From NCBI GenBank assembly GCA_964016885.1, contig OZ024740.1, positions 331,576,001-331,640,000 of the forward strand: DNA of 64,000 bases, in the 5' to 3' direction. Position numbers and translations under genes: made by a program. Shown here piece after piece: positions 25,698-39,623 of this stretch. Each line of letters starts with the position of its first letter. The stretch's first letter is position 1. This stretch comes from Eledone cirrhosa. Its lineage: Eukaryota. A model generated the notes under the pieces. It saw nothing but the letters and a program-made list of their open reading frames with translations. It was not told where the DNA came from and did not search any database.

Positions 25698-27846
25698 ATT
25701 AAAATAACAGATTAAAGTTTAAGCAAAGAATCATTGCTTTCACCCTTAACAGGATCTTCTGAAACTAACAATGTCAATCTGTAAACGCAGAAGTGGATAT
25801 TTCAAAAAACCTAGCAACCGGGGGAAGACAGGAAGACGATACTTTTTTCGTGGAAACGTTCCCTGGCAAAGAACGGGAAAAAACGAATATAATACGTCAT
25901 TAATAGGAGCGGTGAAAAACAATTACGCGCAAAGACAGAACCACGTTTATGGTATAAAAGAAGTGGTAGACTAATGTTCCCTTAGGTGGTTCATGAACGG
26001 AAAAAACGAAGATAATACGTCATATGTGTAGCGTGGCGAACAATTGCAAGCAAAGACAAAACCACGTAAATGGTATAGCTGAAGTCGTAGACTAAATTTT
26101 AACTAGGAAACCGAATGAATCTCCACTTGAGAGTTGAGAATAAAGTAAATAAATACAATACAGAGGTCATAGAAATTAAATAAATGCATACACGCATGCA
26201 AATACATACATACACAAGCATTCGCAAAACACTTGCCATAGGTATACAAAACCACGCACATATAAATATGTGGCGTGTGTGCGTGTATACAAATAAATAA
26301 ATAATTAAATAAACGTATATAAATAAATAAATACGTATATAACAAGCGCACACACATACCTACATGTAAATACACAAATGTTCGGAGGCGTAAGTCAACC
26401 AAAACATGAAGTACACATATACACACACCCTACATACGTACGAACCTGCTTACTCACGCAGACGCAAAACTCCCGTATACACATAACCAAACCATATGTA
26501 CCAGAATATATAGAAAATGTATACGCCAAAACATAATCAATCAAATATACGTATGAGAAAGTATACGTACCTTCACAAAACATACAGGTAATATATACTT
26601 ACCTATGCAAATAAGTAATGGTATAAACAAAACATATACTTAGCTACCACATCAAGACGTAAAATATCCACGTATAGATCGTACTATCCGTTAGGGTATA
26701 ACGTGGGGCTGTAATACAGGAAAGTTTTGTGCAATTTATGTTTACAAGACGAAATTGCCTCAGATTTTTTGTTTAAGATGTGGTCTGTGGCGTAGAGTAT
26801 TTCCAGGGCCTCAGCGGCGCAGAGGTCACATGGTCTTTTATTTCCGTTATACGATCTAGCCCTAGCTAGGATCTCCCAGTGTAACTTAAATTGGCTGTGG
26901 TTGTCTTTTAGACTCCAGATATAAGCTGAAAGTGACGTCATATTCCTTCTTAGAGGGTAACGAAAAGAATGGGTATGCATGTAAAGACGCTGCTTGAATC
27001 TATTGGCGGTTAACCCTATGTAGGCCCTACGGGACGTGGGTGTTTCAACCTTACATTTGTAGACAATGTTACTAGAGAGGCATTTCCCGGATAGGGAGCA
27101 ATCAACCCGATTCCTACAATTACAGTTAGTACTAACTACAAGGTTGCACGTGTTCCTACGGCTAGGTAGTTTAGCTAAATTTGAAGCTGTGATGTTATGT
27201 GCAAGGTTAAGAGTCGTAGAGTAAGACATTTTAATAGTATTTCTATTAAAAATGTTACTATATTTATGTGTAGGGGGAAAATGCTTCGTAATAAGGGAAA
27301 GAAAGATCTTAGCTAATGGTGTGGCCACCTCCATATTATATGGTGGGTTATATCAACAAATGCGACGGGATCTATTTCTTCCAGGTCTATTTTCGTACTC
27401 TGTATATGCTACCTTATCGACAAATCCACTCCGAGCAAGAGCTTCATTGTAATAAGTGGAATGGTCGTTGAAAATATGCTCGTTAGTAGATAGACGGGAA
27501 AACATCAACGAAACGTTTCTTACCAGGTTCTTGGTTATGCTGACAAGATGGTTGGAATGCTTACTTATGTAATTAAGCGTATCATTCGGCTTTCTATACG
27601 GGTAATACAACCCATTCGATAAATTGAGAGTAACGTCGAGGTAATTAACGACCGAGAGATTGGCTTCAACCTGTATAGAGAGGTTGAAGCCTTTAAAGAA
27701 GGCTGTGAATTCTTTTCTGAACCTGTTGCAAGCGCGAGGTCCGCACTTAGTCATGGTCAAAAGACCATCATCACGGTACAAACCACCAAGATCCCGTTAA
27801 GGGTGAAAGCAGGATTCTTTGCTTAAACTTTAATCTGTTATTTTAA
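25698..27846 (-). mobile_element. 5'-truncated Penelope-like element (Naiad-like) with about 60 bp inverted terminal copy
   Basis: RT C-terminus and GIY-YIG on - strand; 25698-25758 is the reverse complement of 27788-27846; TA tracts flank it. Confidence 0.9.
26684..27790 (-). pseudogene. PLE RT C-terminus/thumb + GIY-YIG endonuclease, one reading frame with a single in-frame TGA at 27353-27355
   Basis: GLYRDDGL, VNYLDVTL, PYRKPND..YI..SNH, RIC*YNPPY, CNCRNRVDC (CxCx5C), NIVY..YIGLT..FKQR, CDLC..E, LNKKSE..SCKH. Confidence 0.9.
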
Positions 27847-28020
27847 TATATATATATATAGTATTAATTATACTATTTATGGTTATGTAAATACAAAAAC
27901 CTTTTGCAGTTATATATATTTTTATACAAACCCTAAATAGTGGTAGGCAGTAGTATATTACTACCTTATTACCAGTAAGTTAAGTAGCTCAATGTAAAAA
28001 CATCAGATGATTTACAGAGC

Positions 28021-29135
28021 AGTTATATGAAATATAAGAATCAAAGAACTGTTCAAAACCTTTTTATGCTTACAACTGTTTCCTCCAAACCACATTAAAA
28101 ATATTAAAAATATAAAAAGTATTGGAAATGCACAGCGAAGGGATGATATGGACTTCATGTACTTCGACATTTTCATAGTCTGGGGAGTGTACTTTTCAGA
28201 TTATATGCTCCCCACATAATACACGACAATTCGATATTGAGCGTTTGACAATCCAGTTAGAGAATCGTAGTCTGATGTTCTTTAGTTCAATACAGGAGGA
28301 TGTTACGTTTCGAGAATCGACATTGAAATACTACCCGGAAGTGTGTGTGTGGCTAAGGAGAGTTAATGTATGAGGGGAGGTAACTCCGAGGTTTCTATTA
28401 CTAACTATTGAAATGTGTCTCAAAATATTGAAATGTGTCTCAAAATAGACCCTAACTTCTATGGTTATGTGCAATTTCTAAAAAATGTCTAAAACTTAAA
28501 GTGTTTTAACTATAGAGTAGTCTATTAAGTTGTGCTGAAGGTGTTCGTATTATTATGGTGAATTAACCCCCATCGTAGAGTGCCACAGACTATGAAAATG
28601 TCGAAGTACATGAAGTCCATATCATCCCTTCGCTGTGCATTTCCAATATTTTTAATATTTTTAATGCTTGCACTATTTTTAATGCTTATATTATTTCTCC
28701 ACACACAGACTATAACAATCATATAGAGAATTTGCCACCAGATCAACCAACCTAACACTCTTATTTACCTACTTAAGTGCTTCTACTACACGTAACTCTC
28801 TGCCACACTATATAAACAAGACGCACGTGCTTGCCACACAACATTTGCACTATATAACCGCTTATTTTCATGTTGTATTTTAACCTGTATTTTTGGTTGT
28901 ATCTTTTAATATGAATGTAATCTCTAAGTGTGTGCTGCCACTCTTAATGCTGTAATGAATGTTTACCCACAATATTTGCATATGTATCTGTATGCCTATT
29001 GGGTGAAAAGGAGGTCATATAAGTGTTCATTCATTAATAAATTGCTCCGAAGAATCCAAACCTCGGTTTGGAGGAAACAGTTGTAAGCGTAAAAATGTTT
29101 TGAACAGTTCTTTGATTCTTATATTTCATATATAT
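28021..29135 (+). mobile_element. Rearranged Penelope-like pLTR/UTR remnant with two inverted segments and a hammerhead
   Basis: 28026-28091 is the reverse complement of 29065-29130; 28107-28181 of 28587-28667; hammerhead at 29044-29088. Confidence 0.65.
29044..29088 (+). ncRNA. Type I hammerhead motif with U4C core variant
   Basis: gct CCGAAGA a-tccaaac-ctcg-gtttgga-g GAAA cagtt GTA agc. Confidence 0.68.
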
Positions 29136-29212
29136 ATATATATATATTTGAATTTGTTTAGCAAGATTCCTTATCTGAAAACGTGGGTTGAAACCGACAT
29201 TGTTATACATTG

Positions 29213-30615
29213 AGAGGATCATGTTGCTAATAATAAAGCAATAAGAAACACACGCACCAGTTTTTTTCCCTTCAATTTATTATAGACTAGCAGCAGTACC
29301 CAGTGTTGCCTGGGTAGGTAAAATAATATCCGCTTTGATGAAAAGGTTTTGATCTTAGCGACTGCGCGTTTCTTGAAAATCGGTCGTAAGGTGTTGCAAA
29401 TGGCGAAATGTTCAGAGAAATCTTATGGAATATTTGGGAGGTGGAAAAAATTGTATGTTGAAGAGTTAAACGGCTGCCACGCCGTCCCTAAACAAATAAT
29501 GGAAAGTGTAAAGCTACTATAAGATGTGCAATGATAGGTTCTATCATTGTGTAAAAGTTGAACCAAATAAATTGATTTATGTGTGAAGTGGAGCCGAAGT
29601 TTCGAATTTGAACGAAATCGGTTGAAAAATGTGGGAGCAAATGATAGGTCGCTGTCCCTGAACAAAAAATGCAAATTGTAAAGCTACTATAAGATGTGCA
29701 ATAATAGGTTCTATCGTAGCATATAAATTGAACCAAATAAATTGATTTATGTGTGAGGTGGAGCCGAAGTTTTGAATTTGAACAAAATCGGTTGAAAAAT
29801 GTGGGAACTAGAGCCGAAAAGCCTGAAATTTGAGCGAAATGGTGGTATTTTCGAATATGTAAGCACTGACACGCCGTTCCTGAACAAAAAGTCCAAAATG
29901 TAAAGTAACTTTAAGACGTAAAATAATCAGAGATAGCGTAGTGTAATATTTGAACAAAGTAGGTTGATTAATGTCGGAGCTAGATCCGAAAAAGTGGAAA
30001 TTTGTACAAAAGTACAAATGCAAGATATAAATCAATTAAAGGATGTGCAATGATAAATTCTATTTTGCTTTAAAATTTGAACGAAATCGGTGGCAAAATG
30101 TGGGAGATAGAGCCAAAAATCTTAATTTTCGATACCTAGAAAAAGGTGACCCCCTATCGACTTTTATCTGCAGAATGACCCCGGAATAAAAACGGTACGC
30201 TGATAGATAAAAAACACTCCCCGATGATTAATCTATGAGCCTGTAAAGTTTCATGAAAATCAGTCGTAAGATGTAGGCCCCTATAGGTAATACACAGACA
30301 CACAGACAAACACACACACAGATACGTTATTTTATATATATACAGATTTCCGGTTGGTTGGTGTCTATAGCCGGATGGTTGTTCACATATTGTCAAAGTT
30401 CTTTTGTTACACATTCTGTGACCACTTGAGTGACTAAAGAATCCCCAGTCACCGAAGAGGTCACAGAATGTGTGACGAAAAATATTTCACAATATTTGAA
30501 CAACCATCCGGTTATAGAACAAACCAATCAACCAGCCGGAAATCTATAATAAATTGAAGTGAAAACAACTGGTGCGTGTGTTTCTTATTGGCATCTTATT
30601 GGCAACATGATCCTC
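29213..30615. repeat. Fold-back element whose left arm is split by a Helitron
   Basis: 29213-29286 joined to 30347-30423 is the reverse complement of 30459-30615. Confidence 0.82.
29287..30346 (-). mobile_element. Non-autonomous Helitron with internal tandem repeats of about 170 bp
   Basis: - strand starts TCTGTATATATATAAAA, ends acccaggcaacactgggt hairpin + actgctgCTAG; inserted between A and T with no TSD; repeats at about 29480-29650 and 29650-29820 with more diverged copies beyond. Confidence 0.88.
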
Positions 30616-30625
30616 CCAAAGTATA

Positions 30626-30664
<39 letters not shown>

Positions 30665-30822
30665 ATATGTATATGTATGTGCATATGTATATGTATATAT
30701 ATTCATTAGTTAAGCAAAACAAGACCACAAATTTCACAAGGAAGACATTATTAAAAGATTGTCAACATAGTTTTAGCTTAATGTAAGGAATGTAGAGAAT
30801 AATAATAATGAATATTATAATA

Positions 30823-31005
30823 ACTGTTTCTACTTTTAGCACAAGGCCAGCAATTACTCAGTATATTACTGGTACTTTATTTTATCGACACCGTAAGGAT
30901 GAAAGGCAAAGTTAACCTCGGCGGGATTTGAACTCAGAACGTAAAGGGACGTAACTATGCTGGAAGCATGTCCGACCCTCTACCGATACTGCCAATTCAC
31001 CGCCT
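30823..31005 (-). mobile_element. Full-length tRNA-derived SINE (octopus-type) with 15-bp TSD
   Basis: - strand head ggcggtgaattggcagtatcggtag and B-box gagttcaaatcc; tgaatattataataa at 30809-30823 and 31007-31021. Confidence 0.88.
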
Positions 31006-31208
31006 TTGAATATTATAATAATAATGAATATTTCCAGCTCTGTGCACCTAACCTCTGCATGAACCCAGCCACCTAGCTGCCTTCTACTGCATATTGCACA
31101 TTGAGCACATGGCTTTAAGCTTTAGCTTCTAACTAATTCACCAATCTCTCTTCTCCTCTCCCATCTCCATCTCTCTCTTTAAGATTGGTTACTCTTAAAC
31201 TGTGTATA

Positions 31209-31239
<31 letters not shown>

Positions 31240-31883
31240 TCATATAAAGAAAAAAAGATGAAATCGAAAATGCCACTGGAGTCTTATTTTTAAAAATATA
31301 TATATATTTATTTGGTTCCTTTACCGGTTTCGCAGTTCTTCTGCTTTTTAAAAGTAGAGTTCAGATGGAGGGTCTGTGGTTTTTCTCACATCTGGTTGGG
31401 CTCTGAATGCTACTTGTTTTATATGGAAAAAGTGGCTCGAAATGCCAGGACTTTCGAGAAGTAATTTGATTGGTTGGTCAATAATTATAATAAATTTCGC
31501 GCCAGTTCAAGTTACAAAGTTCTTCAAACAAGGGGGGGTTGTCACAGGTTGTTTTTTCATATATGAGTGTTTGAATTTCTTTTCACTTAAAAAAGGGGGA
31601 AGGGGGCTCAAGAAGGCTTTTTTTTAACAAACGTAATTTGATTGCTTATAAATGAAATTATGCTGTCACGTGAACAAGTTTTCATTACATTTTCGCGCCT
31701 TTATTTGGAAATCTATTCTGTAACCTTTTTAGAGAATTTTATGACAAGTAAAAGATAATGGTCAAGAGAAATTGGATGGGAGAATTGTTCTGGTTCGGTG
31801 AATATGGTTAGTTCGCTGGGGTGTCAGAATTCAGATTTTCTATTGAATAAAGAAAGTAAAGATATGTATATTTATTTGTGTGC

Positions 31884-31938
<55 letters not shown>

Positions 31939-31960
31939 AATTTATTTTTACTTAAAAAAA

Positions 31961-32073
<113 letters not shown>

Positions 32074-32117
32074 TATGTATATATATATGTATATATATAC
32101 ATGTATATATACATATG

Positions 32118-32153
<36 letters not shown>

Positions 32154-32199
32154 TATGTATGTTTGTATGTATATATATATATATAAATATATATATATA

Positions 32200-32332
32200 G
32201 TCCAGAATTAGCCGTCGAAACGGCTAGAGCTCAGCTGGCGGGTTCATACTTGTTCCTATTACCCACTCTACTACCCTAAGTACTTGTGTGTGTTATGGTC
32301 CACCTGGTTCCTTACCACATTTCCTTCGTTAT
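32200..32332 (+). mobile_element. Short TA-inserted repeat carrying the 3' half of a hammerhead; family also at 18955-19012, 37882-37998, 48712-48885, 48894-49037, 62385-62548
   Basis: Shared gaattagccgtc GAAA cggct..agccGTC ggggtc..ccacatttccttcgtta. Confidence 0.8.
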
Positions 32333-32790
32333 ATATATATATAGGGAAGGAAATCAATACATGATAGGATTTTGCTAAACTTGAGAGCCACTTCCGCTTG
32401 CCTTAACTCAAAGACTGAGATCTTCAGATGCTGTCCTCATCTGAAATCGCATCTGATCTGTAACTGGATTGACACTCCTATGATAAATCAACCGCCTTGA
32501 ACTCCTTCTCTGCTCTTTACTTCTGCTACGGTTTTTATTTTGCTGAATCTACGTTCTGTACTCTTGTATATATATTTTTTTCTCCCTTACCTCCCCTTAT
32601 ATTTCACCTTTTCCTATGCCCCCCCCCCATATATTCTTTTTGCCTTGCCCTTCACATACCTATGTGTATGTGTATGTATGTTTGTGTGTATATATATTTA
32701 TATATATGTATATATATATATATGTGTATATATATATATTTTTTTTTTGGTGTGTGTATATGTTTGTATATGTAGATAGACCAGGTTTTT

Positions 32791-32848
32791 TTCATTCTGA
32801 AGATTGAAGGAAAAATTTTTTGCTTTTAAGAAACCACTGGTGAATGGA
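32791..32848 (+). ncRNA. Hammerhead motif, degenerate copy (triplet GUG)
   Basis: ttcatt CTGAAGA ttgaagg..cttttaa GAAA ccactg GTG aatgga. Confidence 0.6.
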
Positions 32849-34191
32849 AAAATTGCTTTATGTTGCTTATTACTTTATTACTTTACTACTATATATATGT
32901 ATATGTAAGGTTCATATGAATTATCTAAGACTGAGTTTAACACACACGCACATGTATATGTGTACGTATGTGTATGTATATATATATATATATATGTATG
33001 AGTGTGTGTGCGTGTTTGTATTTGGTTGTGCGTGTTTATGATATGTACGTATTTGTATGTGTATAATTGTATAGCTATGTATGTATATGTGTGTGTGTAT
33101 GTATACATATATGTGTGTGTGTGTATTTTTATATTTATGTATATATATATGTATGTGTATATAATTACATATACATATGTGTGTGTATATGTGTGTGTAT
33201 AATTGTATACGTGTGCGTGTTTGTGCTTGTATTTGTGTATGTGTATGTATGTGTTTATGTATTTGTATATGTATATTTATGTGTGAGAGTGTGTGTATGT
33301 ATTTACTATTTCGTACGTATGTATACGTGCATTTGTGTGTATTACTTACCACGCGTGTCTGTCCAGTTACCTGCCGGTTGTATCGCTGTCACAAATTTTT
33401 TTAATATATATATTTTTTTTTCTTATATTTATTTGCGTGTGTGAATATGTAGAGGAGTGCATTTATGTATGTGTATGTATGTACGTGTGTATATATGTAT
33501 GATTGTGTGCATGTATGTATGTATGTATATGTATGTGTGTATGGCTATGTTTGTGTATGTGTATGCTTGTACACACATATATATATATATATATGTATAG
33601 AGAATTAAAAAGAACAGAAAGATGCAGTAAAAGAGATTTATTCGGTTCTTACGTACGTTTCAATAGACATCTATTTGCCTAGATCTCGCTACATCTATAA
33701 TATTATATATTTAGTAGAGCATTCGATATCCAATGCACAATCGATCCCATATCATCAAAGATTATGTTCTTTTTAATTCTCTATACACGCCCCGGAATAT
33801 AGCTAAACTGGAATATACACCTTTTTCTCCATTTCGTTGAGCACCACTCTGTTGTAAGCTGACATTCCACTACACGGTACATAACACTGTGTCCTGGAAA
33901 ACATTAATGCACTCGTGCATAACCAATTATATATATGTATATATATATATATATGTATATATATGTGTGTATGTATATGTATTTATATTTATGTTTCTAT
34001 GTGTATGTATGTGGGTATATATGTGTGTGTGGTTGTATGTATGTGTATGTATGGATGTGTTGATATTTATGTGCGTATGTATATATGTGTATATGTATGT
34101 GTTTGTGTGTATTTATATACACATATATGTGTGTATATATGTGTGTGTATGTATGTATGAGTATATGTATATGTATATGTATATATATATG

Positions 34192-34222
<31 letters not shown>

Positions 34223-34386
34223 ATGTATGTATGCTTTTGTGTGTGAGTGTGCGTGTTTTTGTGTGTGTGTTTGCATGTGTAGTTTTATTTTATTTTTCAT
34301 TTCCTTCTTCCTTCTCCAGCCTCACTTTCATATAGATTGCATTTTTGTTCTTAAAATCCAAATTCAATAAACAGACCAGGATTTTT

Positions 34387-34444
34387 TTCATTCTGAGGAT
34401 TGAAAGCAAAATATTTTGCTTTTAAGAAACCACTGGTAAATGGA
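34387..34444 (+). ncRNA. Type I hammerhead ribozyme motif
   Basis: ttcatt CTGAGGA ttgaaagcaaaa-ta-ttttgcttttaa GAAA ccactg GTA aatgga; stems I, II and III all pair. Confidence 0.78.
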
Positions 34445-35499
34445 ATAATTGTTGTTTATTACATAACTATATATATATATATATACAAATGTGTGTGTGT
34501 GTGTATGTGTGTGTGGGAGTGGGGGTGTGTGTGTGTGTTGTTTGGTTGTGTGATTATCCAAACGCACAAACTCTATCTGTATGTGATTTCATCAACTATT
34601 AAATCATTTATATATATTTCCGTCACCTTATGAATATACATTACACTCCTATATATCTACGAGGTGTTTAATCCTGCACAGGAGAAATAGATACTTGTTA
34701 TGAATTGATTTACATAGACACATTATCTTTATTCTTTCCATCAGAAAAGCAGTCAGCTAATGATTGGTCCGGCGGAACAGGTAATCCTTAATGTTATTAT
34801 TCACTTATATAATGTAAAATAAAAACTAGATGAAGTTTCGACGACAAACATTCAATCCACATAACATAGTAAAACCATTTCGGCAATGTTTTTCATCTCT
34901 TTACTATTTACACGCATTATATCGTATTGTGTTACCAAAGGCAAGTATTTCAACGTGTATGATTCAGTTATTCACAAGAATACGTACGAGAGAAAAGAAA
35001 AGCATTATTCAAACTAATAAATGTAGTGATTAAATGATTTAGGAACTATATCATACATTTTTTATATATAGAAATCAAACAGGAAGGCAGGGATATTCAC
35101 AAGATGAAATAATCAATACTGGCAACATTGGGAAAAAAGCTTTCTATTCTGTATAACTTTATCCGGAGTATTGTAAGAAATACGATGATTGGGTATGTAA
35201 CATATAGGTCAATGTGGATATAGCATTGCAAAAAATCTGATTTATCTTAAATAGAATGAGGTAACTGTATGTTGTTTGATACGCAACACTGAGGTATAAT
35301 GTAATCTAGTTTCAAATGAATGGAGAACCATGAATGAAGAATACACTACATATGCTTCTTAGAATTTAAAAAAATAAGTTCTATCCCAGCTATTAGATTA
35401 TTCAAACCGGTTTTTGATCAGAGTTAAGCGATTGAGAATACAAGATACCTCCATGTGGATGACGCTTGTCCATTGCGGGATTAACGCACAGCTAAACCT

Positions 35500-35570
35500 A
35501 GTACTCATTTTCAGCTGTGTACAAGTGCAACGTGAAATAAAGTGTTTTGCACAAAAACAGAACTCACCAT
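35500..35570 (-). mobile_element. SINE core fragment related to 63086-63348
   Basis: gtactcattttcagctg..gcaacgtgaaataaagtgt shared with 63207-63255. Confidence 0.6.
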
Positions 35571-36116
35571 CTTTTTCTGGAATCGATATTATGACCAGGT
35601 GAGAACAGAGAATACTTCTTTCATCTATTATGAAAACGCATGGTTGAATATATAGTTTCAAGTAGGTATATATGAAGGTATAACCTGTACTTGTAGCAGG
35701 ATATTGTCTTAAATATATGTTCATTATAAGTAAAACAATAAAGCGAAGTGCAGGATGTATGCATACCTTCACCACTTACTATGAACATATTTTAAAAATT
35801 AAATGCATATTCAAAAAAGTGCGTGGATATATTGATAGGTGTGCCATCTTAATACCACCCTGGGAGTGATAGACCCTTATGGTTTTGACAGAAATTCTAT
35901 CTAGGTAATAGAATACACTTATTAAAATATTTTTGGTGCCGCCCGAAATTCTTGTTGTATTCAAAACGTGGTGGACCTTTTGTGTGTATTCTATTGAATA
36001 TGAACAATTTCACACATATTAAGTTACAGGTAACATGTTATTCTCGTAGGCCATGATTCGTTTGTCATTTTGACAGTTAAATTATGTGTGAACTAACTCA
36101 TGAAATCGAGCGGATA

Positions 36117-36221
<105 letters not shown>

Positions 36222-37302
36222 TTACTTGGGGAGGGTCATATTGTTGTAATAATATTGCCAGAAATAATGACAGAACACACTCACTGTTTGGTTCGGTTTC
36301 GCTTCTGTATCTTTTATATCTCCATAGTTAATTCATTCGGCAATCAATGTTTCTCTTTGATTGACCAACGGTCAAATATTCAGATATAAATACATATATA
36401 TAGTCTAACAAACTTCTTTCGTTGCACATCTGCAACATCATCAGTGGTACTATTATGTTTTCTCCTGTTGTATTGTATGTCTAAGCCATTTTTATTTTAT
36501 CTGTTTATTTATTTATTTTTGTCTTCTCTGCACATACGTTTACGTGTGTGTATAGTGTTTGGTGTGTGTTTTCGCGTTTGGGTGACTGTGTTTTGTTTAT
36601 TGTATTCTATCTTAGTTTATTATTCATATGTGTTTGTTGTTATTGTGCTTGTGTATATATTTATTTATTCATATATATATCAGATTGTTGTAGTTTGCTT
36701 GAAGCATTGTTGAATAGGAAATACGAATTCATATATTCTTGAAAACCATAGATTGCACTTGAAAATCAAAATTGCTAAGATAACAATAGAATCTTACCTT
36801 AGCAAATCTAATAATCACAAATATTTTCGGGTTATAAAAACACATTATCAAGGGAGTATCCCTGTGAGAGACTTGAAGGATCGATCGGTCATGACTTGTT
36901 AGTAAGCCGATTTAAATTAAATGTATGAAAATACGTTAAAATTTCGCACACGCCTTTCACTACATAAACTTATATTCATGCCCGCACATACATCCCACTA
37001 AGCACACTTACATTCACGCACGCACATGGATATATCATACAATTTTTCCTAGACATTTCACAACGCGCACGCTCGAAATTGTAACGTATTTTCATTACAT
37101 TTAATATAAAACCGCCTTCCTAACGAGTCATCACCGATCAATATGTTAAGTCTCTTACAGGGACACTCCCTTGATATTGGGTTTTCAAACCCGAAAATAT
37201 CTGGGGTTATTGAATTTTCTAAAGTAAGATTCTATTGTTATCTTAGTAATTTTAATTTTCTAGTGCATTGTATGGTTTCAAAACTATTTAAATTTGTGTT
37301 TC

Positions 37303-37348
<46 letters not shown>

Positions 37349-37645
37349 ATACATATGTGCATATGTTTTTGTGTCATGACTGTGTGTATGTGTGTGTGTC
37401 TTTACCAGAGGCTTATGTTAATATACATATATTCATGTTTAATATATTTCGTTGTTAGTTACCCATTTATTTAATTAATAATTAATAAAGGAAAATGAAT
37501 ATAAAGTTCTAAGGAATATAATATTTATATAATCAAAGAGGATAAGAAATTAATATTTCTTTTAGTAATTAATAAGCCAGGAGTTTCAAGATGTGTGCTA
37601 CAATTTAATTAGTTAAGAACGATTGGATATGTTTTTTCTAAATGT

Positions 37646-37695
<50 letters not shown>

Positions 37696-37994
37696 TATGT
37701 GTGTGTGTGTGTGTATGTGTGTGGTGGTGGGGGTATATATAAGAGGACAACACGCCCCACAGAACGTACCTGGCATTAACAGATGGCTACTGACATTAAT
37801 GTGATATGATCACAGCTTAAAATATTCTTAGTGGGACTCTTTCTTGCTTATTACACATGAAAATTACTCTATTATATATATAGCTCAGCTCAGCTGTCGG
37901 GGTCTTACTGGTTCCTATTACCCACTCTCCTACCTCAAGTATTGAGTACTTTGGTGCGTTATGGTCCACCTGGTTCCTTACCACATTTCCTTCG

Positions 37995-38071
<77 letters not shown>

Positions 38072-38093
38072 GGTATATATATATATATATGGG

Positions 38094-38201
<108 letters not shown>

Positions 38202-38209
38202 TGTGTATG

Positions 38210-38260
<51 letters not shown>

Positions 38261-39301
38261 CATAAAGATTGAGGAGAGAAGGGGCACACGAATTAGAATT
38301 TTCTCTAAGCCTGAAAATCAGCCAATATTTTAATTAATTACATGGAAAGTTATATATTCTGATAATTCTCATATTCTGTCACCGAAACACTAATTATAAA
38401 AGCATCGGTGCAGATAGGAAATATTATACTTCGCTATTCGATTATATGTTTGATATATTTTAATTATTGTAATTTAAAATTATTATGGATGTTTCATCAG
38501 GTCCCTTTTATAACTTCAATGAAACATTCCCTATACGTTCCTTTGTTGTTCATCTATCCGTGTTTCATGACATATATGACGTCATTACAAGGATATGTGT
38601 TATATAGTGTGTCCACATAACAATATTTGACCGACTGCTTACTTTATAAATATTTGACATCTTCTTGACAAAACCTCTAGTTCTGTATCATTTCACAATG
38701 ATTTCTAGCCAAACCTATCGCCATCGATTCATCTCTCTATCTCATTCTCAGACAAACACACTTACAACATCTATTACGTTTTAATATTGAATTGCTGTTA
38801 CTAAAGTACAATTTCTTAAGAATAAGCATTTCTGCATAAGATATATTACTGTGCAAAACATTTGTTTAGTACTTACATATTTAGCTTGACATAAATGTCT
38901 CTCACTATACATATGATTTATATGTAAAGCAAATGCTAGCTATCACACAAAATATGCATTTTGTTGTGCATTCGATTTACAATATACGATAAAAACTCAT
39001 TGTTCTTTTTATACCCATTTATTTCCGACCAATTTAAAAGAGCTTGATGCAATTGTTTATCTCGTAAATGATTACATACAGAAAGGCTTCTCAAATATTT
39101 TAACAGACATTTCTGTTAGAATGTTTATTGCTTATAGCTGGAAACAAAATTGTCTACGGCAATAGGATTCAAAATTGTGCATTTGAGAATAAAAATTGGT
39201 TAACGATTCTCCATACAGTTTTGCTACAAAGTATAAATGGTAATTTGAAATAGTAATGTTCTTCTTATACACACACGCACACACACACACATGTATCTAT
39301 G

Positions 39302-39431
<130 letters not shown>

Positions 39432-39538
39432 TGTGTGTTTGTGTGTGTTTGTGTGTGTGTGTGTATCCATATGAGATAAAAGTACATTTCCAAGTCTTCA
39501 ATCAGCGTTTGTGCGAAAACGATATGAACAATCATGAA

Positions 39539-39623
<85 letters not shown>

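Noticed and set aside
27353-27355. In-frame TGA in the Naiad-like ORF as possible selenocysteine
   Set aside because: It falls at the Trp of the W(F/Y)NPPY motif (TGG>TGA), not at a Cys; the visible Cys motifs use normal codons and no convincing SECIS was seen
29480-30120. CRISPR-like array
   Set aside because: Long tandem units without unique spacers, inside a Helitron in eukaryotic DNA
30450-30502. ccgaaga ggtcaca..tgtgac gaaa hammerhead-like string
   Set aside because: G at the cleavage position and no stem I; at best a dead relic
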